From NCBI GenBank assembly GCA_964384785.1, contig CAYLLH010000077.1:1-52261 (forward strand): a stretch of DNA of 52,261 bases. Direction: 5' to 3'. Below are positions 47,220-52,261 of the stretch, one piece after another; positions within the stretch are counted from its first letter, which is position 1; each line of letters begins with the position of its first letter. The notes below the pieces were generated by a model, which was not told where the DNA came from, did not search any database, and saw nothing but the letters and a program-made list of their open reading frames with translations. The translations under genes were made by a program, and so were the position numbers. Origin of the DNA: an uncultured Thermoplasmatales archaeon. Its GTDB lineage: Archaea; Thermoplasmatota; E2; DHVEG-1.

Positions 47220-48500
47220 ATGAAAAAAGAAAAAATATGTGCAATTTTGTTTGCAGTGGTTTTGTTAGGTGTTGTTTTTATACCTGCAGGTAGCAGTATT
47301 AAAAAATTAAATATTTCTGATATTAGTTCTGATGATGAAGATACTAAAATTTATCTTTGTAGAGTAGAGCATTATCTTGAAATTGTTGCAAAAAATAATA
47401 CTAGTGATTTTTTTGTTAAATATGCTTTTCCACCAGATTATTTTTATCAAGTTCCTATCTATTTGCAAATTTTGAATGGTACAACCTCTGAGATTATCGG
47501 TTATAAAATTGAAAATGACACAGATAAATCTCCTAATAAATTTGTAAATTTTAGTTTAACAGGTATGGAGAAAAATGAACATCGTATGATACATTTCACA
47601 GTTTGGGTTTTACTTAAAAATTATAGTTTTGATGATCTTCCTGAATCACAAAGTTTTCCAAATATTTCCAAGCTTCCAGATTATACAAAAAAATGGTTGG
47701 TTGAAACAAATTCTTCTCAAAAAAATAATATTTTTATCCGTATGAAATCGTTTCGTTTTAAACTTTTTAACAATGATCTAATTAGTTATACAAAAAAAGT
47801 TTCTACATTTATTAAAAATCATAGATACTTGTTGTTTCTTATACAGTTAAAGTTTGGTTTCTTTTTTTCTCAGGATGCAGTTACAACTTCATTTATCAAT
47901 GGTGAAAATGTTGGAAGAAGCCATCTAGCTTGCGCTCTTCTAAGAAATCAAAACATTCCAAGTAGAGTTCTTCTTGTGAATAATGATCAAGGATTTTGGA
48001 CTCAAATGCATTATATGGTTGAATATTATATTCCAGATTATGGTTGGGTGTTACTTGATACTACTGCTGGAGAGACTCCGTACAATACTAACAGGCAGAT
48101 TATCAATCGTATTTGTTACCCAGAAGATGAAAATAATACTAAAACAGATTACATTTTTAGGTTTATGACTCATGAGGAGCGTTGGATGTGGTTTAGCAGT
48201 CCATTAGTTGAACCATTGTATATCGATTGTGATAATGGTAGTAAATCTCAGATGTTTTATGAAAACACTGTTGAAACCTGTGAACTTGTTGCTGATGCAT
48301 GTTTTGATTGGACTACACACATGTTTAACAAATATCAAAATTATCTTGGAAGAAATCTTAGCGGTTCAAATGAAATATTTTTTGATAATGCTGTAGGTTT
48401 TCAATGGAATGCTATTGAGAATCTTAACAATGGCGATTCATTACAGTATTATTATTTTATAGAGCGAGCCTGTGAGGAATACAATAAAATAACTGTTTAA
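47220..48500 (+). CDS. Secreted transglutaminase-like domain protein
   Basis: Signal peptide; ALLR..NIP.RV, H...EYY.P.YGW...D.T; GGAGGTG RBS. Confidence 0.78.
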   Translation: MKKEKICAILFAVVLLGVVFIPAGSSIKKLNISDISSDDEDTKIYLCRVEHYLEIVAKNNTSDFFVKYAFPPDYFYQVPIYLQILNGTTSEIIGYKIENDTDKSPNKFVNFSLTGMEKNEHRMIHFTVWVLLKNYSFDDLPESQSFPNISKLPDYTKKWLVETNSSQKNNIFIRMKSFRFKLFNNDLISYTKKVSTFIKNHRYLLFLIQLKFGFFFSQDAVTTSFINGENVGRSHLACALLRNQNIPSRVLLVNNDQGFWTQMHYMVEYYIPDYGWVLLDTTAGETPYNTNRQIINRICYPEDENNTKTDYIFRFMTHEERWMWFSSPLVEPLYIDCDNGSKSQMFYENTVETCELVADACFDWTTHMFNKYQNYLGRNLSGSNEIFFDNAVGFQWNAIENLNNGDSLQYYYFIERACEEYNKITV

Positions 48501-48513
48501 AAAGAAGGGTTTT

Positions 48514-49245
48514 TTGTATTTGAATGGAGAAACAAACAATGTTTATAAAAAAATTAAAGGCTCTTTGTTAATTTTTATAATAAACTTTTTTGTTTTTTCT
48601 CTGGGTTTTATATCTTTGATTATTTATATTCAAATAATTTTTTTCTTTTTTGATTTTCAACAAATTTTGCATGTTTTCTTTTTACCTTTTTTTATAACAT
48701 TTGGATTGTATCTCACAGTAATTTATCAGTTATTAATCTCAGGGTTGATAATACATGTTTTTAATATAAAATATAAACCTGGTGTTTATCCATATAATTT
48801 TCAGAATAGTATGTCTTTTCGTTGGATTCTTGTGTGTATTCTTTATAATCCGCTTAGAAAAATTATTGAAATCATTCCTGTTGGTAGTATGAAATATGTT
48901 TATCTTAGATTGCTTGGTATGAAAATTGGTGAAAACACGCTGGTTGGTGGAACTATTAAGGATCCGTGTCTTACTGAATTTGGTGATAATGTTACCATGG
49001 GTGAATACTCAATTGTGTATGGTCATATCCAGGATTTTGAGAATGAAATTATTTCTATGGATAAAGTAAAAATTGGGAATAATTGTGTTATAGGTGCTGG
49101 TGTTATTATTATGCCTGGTGTAACTTTTGAGGATAATGTTAAACTTGCAGCGGGTGCAGTGGTTCCTAAAGGTAAAACTTTGAAAAAAAACACTGTTTAT
49201 GCTGGTGTTCCAGCTAAAGAAATTAAGAAAAAAAAATTAGATTAG
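48514..49245 (+). CDS. Membrane-associated left-handed beta-helix acyltransferase
   Basis: Two N-terminal TM helices; RLLGMKIG, hexapeptide repeats (KIGNNCVIGAG.IIMPGV), GVPAK. Confidence 0.82.
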   Translation: MYLNGETNNVYKKIKGSLLIFIINFFVFSLGFISLIIYIQIIFFFFDFQQILHVFFLPFFITFGLYLTVIYQLLISGLIIHVFNIKYKPGVYPYNFQNSMSFRWILVCILYNPLRKIIEIIPVGSMKYVYLRLLGMKIGENTLVGGTIKDPCLTEFGDNVTMGEYSIVYGHIQDFENEIISMDKVKIGNNCVIGAGVIIMPGVTFEDNVKLAAGAVVPKGKTLKKNTVYAGVPAKEIKKKKLD

Positions 49246-49260
49246 ATTTTTTTTTGTTGT

Positions 49261-51120
49261 CTACAGGTTTATAAAATTGTTTGGTAGTAGTGTCTGTAAT
49301 ATTTCAATGATTTTTTGGTATAGATTCTGTAAAAAAATACTCCATGGGTTTTCTATTGATGATGATTTTTTTATACTTACACTTACACCTATGTTTTTTG
49401 TTTCATCATTTGAATCTACAGTTATTGTTCCAGAGTAATCATTTCCTTTCTGAAGTTGTTCTGTATCTAATGTAACTGTTACTGTATCGCTTTGTCCTCC
49501 GTTTAAAGAACCAGATGTTTTACTAAGGCTTATCCAGTTTTTGTTATCGGATGCACTCCAGTCTAGTTTCTGCCAACCGTTTTCATCGAAATCAGCAAGG
49601 TTTTCAACTGAGAATGTTTTAGATGGGTTTTCATCCTGTTTTACTTCACCAAAGCTAAGTGTGGATGGTGAAACACTTATTTCTGGTTCATATAGTTCTT
49701 CATTGTAAGTATCTGTTATTTTAAACCAGACTTTTGCGTTATTGATTCCATCACCCATGGTTGTATAGTAACCTTGAGAATCAGGACCCGATGTATCATC
49801 ACCTGTTAGTTCACCAGTTATAAGATTGTATGTTCCATGATAGATTGCAGGTCTGTAATCTGGTGTTTCTTGATCTTTTCCTCCACCTGGGTAAGCGCTA
49901 ACATCTGCTAGGTCATCTTTTAAGATTATTCCTTCTTCAAGGAATTTATCGTTATCCATTAATTTTAGTGTAACTTCAATTGTTGATTTATCTGTGTAAA
50001 AAATATGTTCTGCTTGTGGTTCCCATGTGTAATCTGAATTATAACCGAAACTTCCAAGATCTTCTGTCCACATGTTATAGTTGAATTGTTGTTTTGTTTC
50101 ACCCGAAACTATAGCTCCTGCACGATAATACCATTCAGGTTTGTTAAAAGGTGGTTCTATTGGATCAAAATCTCCTCTATCAGGATCGTTTGTGATTTCT
50201 TTTATTGTGAATGTGATTTTTTCCTCTGTTTCACTTGGTGGTCCATGATAACCATTTACAAAACATGCTGAGTAACCGACGCTGCTGCATCCGTATTCGA
50301 TGTACATGTAACCATTATCTCCCCAACCAGGACCCCAGCTGTTTTTAATAATCCAAGCACCATCTGATCCCATGTTATCATCCCATCCGACAATTGTTAT
50401 TGCATGGTTTACATTTCCTGAAGCATGATCATCATAGACATAGCTTCCATCATAACTACTCCAGTCATTTGTAGCTTTAACAGCTGCTGATACAGGACCA
50501 TAATCCATTATTGCTTGTTTTATATCCTCTGTTGGTGGAACGCTTCCTTCACCACCTATAAAAGCCCAATCTTCAACTATGTACTGATGATCATAAGGTC
50601 CACCGCAGGATTCATCAGATTCACTATACGGAAAATTATCCTCTAGTACTGCTCCAAATCCTCCGCATCTTCCTGTTTTATATTGATGGTAGTTATGAGC
50701 CCACCATCCGCCGTCACATCCCCATCCATCACGGTTGCAGCTAACAAGCCATTGCTCGGAGAGATCCACTGTTATTCCTTCACGTATTTTTATAGCACTT
50801 TCAAGTGGTGCCACGGTTCCAAAAGCCCAACAGCTTCCACAATTACCTTGATCTTTTACTGGTGTTACTCCGCCTTCATCACGCCAGTCAAAACTTGATG
50901 GTTGACCAGCGGAGGTTGTCATAAAATAAAATTTCACATCCTCCCACCAATCCTCCGTGGGGTTAAATCCACAGAGGTCTTCAATACTTCTTCCATCTAG
51001 TAAATCTTGTTCTTCTTCTGCTTTAACATTGGTGTTTACAAAAAAACTGCCTGTTCCTGCAGCTAGCATTATAAAAACTGCTGCAAAACATATTGTTCTT
51101 TTAATTTTTTTATTTTTCAT
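49261..51120 (-). CDS. Secreted papain-family (C1A) cysteine peptidase with a C-terminal BACON-like domain
   Basis: PSSFDWR, QGNCGSCWAF, NHAI.IVGW, KNSWG..WGD.GY; WISLS..SG.L..G C-terminal domain; GGAGGT RBS. Confidence 0.92.
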   Translation of the reverse strand: MKNKKIKRTICFAAVFIMLAAGTGSFFVNTNVKAEEEQDLLDGRSIEDLCGFNPTEDWWEDVKFYFMTTSAGQPSSFDWRDEGGVTPVKDQGNCGSCWAFGTVAPLESAIKIREGITVDLSEQWLVSCNRDGWGCDGGWWAHNYHQYKTGRCGGFGAVLEDNFPYSESDESCGGPYDHQYIVEDWAFIGGEGSVPPTEDIKQAIMDYGPVSAAVKATNDWSSYDGSYVYDDHASGNVNHAITIVGWDDNMGSDGAWIIKNSWGPGWGDNGYMYIEYGCSSVGYSACFVNGYHGPPSETEEKITFTIKEITNDPDRGDFDPIEPPFNKPEWYYRAGAIVSGETKQQFNYNMWTEDLGSFGYNSDYTWEPQAEHIFYTDKSTIEVTLKLMDNDKFLEEGIILKDDLADVSAYPGGGKDQETPDYRPAIYHGTYNLITGELTGDDTSGPDSQGYYTTMGDGINNAKVWFKITDTYNEELYEPEISVSPSTLSFGEVKQDENPSKTFSVENLADFDENGWQKLDWSASDNKNWISLSKTSGSLNGGQSDTVTVTLDTEQLQKGNDYSGTITVDSNDETKNIGVSVSIKKSSSIENPWSIFLQNLYQKIIEILQTLLPNNFINL

Positions 51121-51134
51121 ATTTTTTTACCTCC

Positions 51135-52196
51135 CTACAAAATTTTTATATTAATATTTTCAAGAAAAATTATTATTTTTTCAAAAAATGGGAATTGTTT
51201 TAAAAAATTAAATAAGAAAACATTGTTAATATTGCTTGATTTTTTAACTTCTACTTCATCAGATATTTCATTGCTGTATTCATGGAATCCTGCGTTATAC
51301 CAGTCTTTTACTTTTGCTGTGATTGTGTATGTTCCTTTGTTTTCATATGTATGGGTTTTAGATACAGTGGTTTCACCGTTCATTATTTGGTCTTTATCAT
51401 CCCAGAAACCTGTGTCAGTTGTTGTTCCATCACCCCAGTCTATTGTGACGCCTATGTAATCTCCTTGACCTGAGGTGGGTCTATAATCTGGATCCTCTAC
51501 ATCCATGTTTAGTGTTATTTTTTTTCCATCTTTGTTTATTTCATAATCTGTTATAGTTGGTGCCGTGTTATCATAAGATAGATACCAGTTGTCCTCTAGT
51601 TTGTCTTCTTCTGTTGTTGTGTTCCATTTTGTGCTAAGCCATCCTTTGTTTTTATATTCACATTTTAAAACGATTGAGTTTATGAATTCTTCAGAGTCAC
51701 CGCCTATGTTATGCCATGCGGGACAGAACCATTCGCGTGTGGGTGTGAAATCAAAATATATTGTCCCCTGTTGGTCATCATCTCTACCGGGTCGGTCTTC
51801 TGTTTCATTGTACCATCCTTCATCATTTTCTGGTGTTATACTTGCCCATGAACCACATCCATAATGTAGATTTACCCTGTCTATTGAAAAATTCCAATAA
51901 TCTTGTTTTAAGCTTCCTTCAACGAGTTCCCAGTTGGCTTGTAATCTTATTGTTTGTCCTATCTCAAAAATTGTGTCGCTTATTATTGAGGGTGTGTTAA
52001 AAGTTATATCTACATAGTTTTGATCAGGATCATCTATGTATTCCATTTTCATAGAACCTATATCTACTGTTAAAATATCATTATTGTTTTCTTGAGATAT
52101 TGTTTCTGTTGAGTTGGCTTGGACATTAAAAAAAGTCAATGATAGCATCAAAAAAGCAGTAAGAGCTAAAATACTCTTATTTCTAATTTTATGTAT
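51135..52196 (-). CDS. Secreted PKD-domain protein
   Basis: IDWGDG...HTY...GTYTIT..V.D. The frame is open to 52211; a complete signal peptide needs a start at about 52196 (ORF track gives TTG 52151). Confidence 0.78.
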   Translation of the reverse strand: MHKIRNKSILALTAFLMLSLTFFNVQANSTETISQENNNDILTVDIGSMKMEYIDDPDQNYVDITFNTPSIISDTIFEIGQTIRLQANWELVEGSLKQDYWNFSIDRVNLHYGCGSWASITPENDEGWYNETEDRPGRDDDQQGTIYFDFTPTREWFCPAWHNIGGDSEEFINSIVLKCEYKNKGWLSTKWNTTTEEDKLEDNWYLSYDNTAPTITDYEINKDGKKITLNMDVEDPDYRPTSGQGDYIGVTIDWGDGTTTDTGFWDDKDQIMNGETTVSKTHTYENKGTYTITAKVKDWYNAGFHEYSNEISDEVEVKKSSNINNVFLFNFLKQFPFFEKIIIFLENINIKIL

Positions 52197-52261
52197 AATA
52201 CTGCCCCCTTTTTAATCCAAACTTATAATGTAACAATTTTTATATAAATATTTCTGAAAAA

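Noticed and set aside
570-52000. Numerous 60-160 aa ORFs antisense to or nested in longer genes (e.g. 32242-32715, 38714-39097, 28831-29193, 18046-18387)
   Set aside because: Shadow ORFs of well-supported genes, with no recognisable motifs.
1-52261. tRNA/rRNA genes, IS elements, defence systems, reverse transcriptases
   Set aside because: No GC-rich cloverleaf or rRNA-like segments, and no transposase, nuclease or RT motifs were seen by eye; a tRNAscan/Infernal run would be needed to exclude small RNAs fully.

Overview
AT-rich archaeal chromosomal window with no rRNA, tRNA, CRISPR array or transposase that I can detect. Gene content suggests Thermoplasmatota, possibly the sediment DHVEG-1/MBG-D type. 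This is an inference from aEF-1beta with a DUF1610 zinc finger, archaeal GluRS/TyrS, ether-lipid isoprenoid genes and many secreted PKD/peptidase proteins. Recognisable blocks: (1) a 5'-truncated PKD-repeat surface protein; (2) a glycogen/alpha-glucan cluster (2x GT4, GH57, debranching enzyme, phosphorylase); (3) ipk-fni-GGPP synthase-gltX; (4) housekeeping and regulatory genes (aEF-1beta, radical SAM, split folP, EarA-like regulator, Hsp20, purB, tyrS); (5) ABC transporters, including a PadR-fetAB-like operon with a clear double operator; (6) an unusual four-gene operon: HD protein, CitF-like CoA-transferase, citryl-CoA lyase, and a fused LeuC/LeuD aconitase with atypical active-site motifs; (7) the archaeal modified mevalonate pathway (mvk, UbiD-type decarboxylase, an LpdD-like prFMN-chaperone gene, aconitase X subunits), interrupted by a clostripain-like gene; (8) a flippase/methyltransferase/acyltransferase cluster and secreted peptidase/PKD proteins. 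The best candidate for an undescribed system is block 6, a possible ACP-independent tricarboxylate cleavage pathway. The next best are the LpdD-like gene coupled to the mevalonate-pathway decarboxylase and the flippase-methyltransferase cluster. All calls come from reading motifs by eye; no database searches were run.
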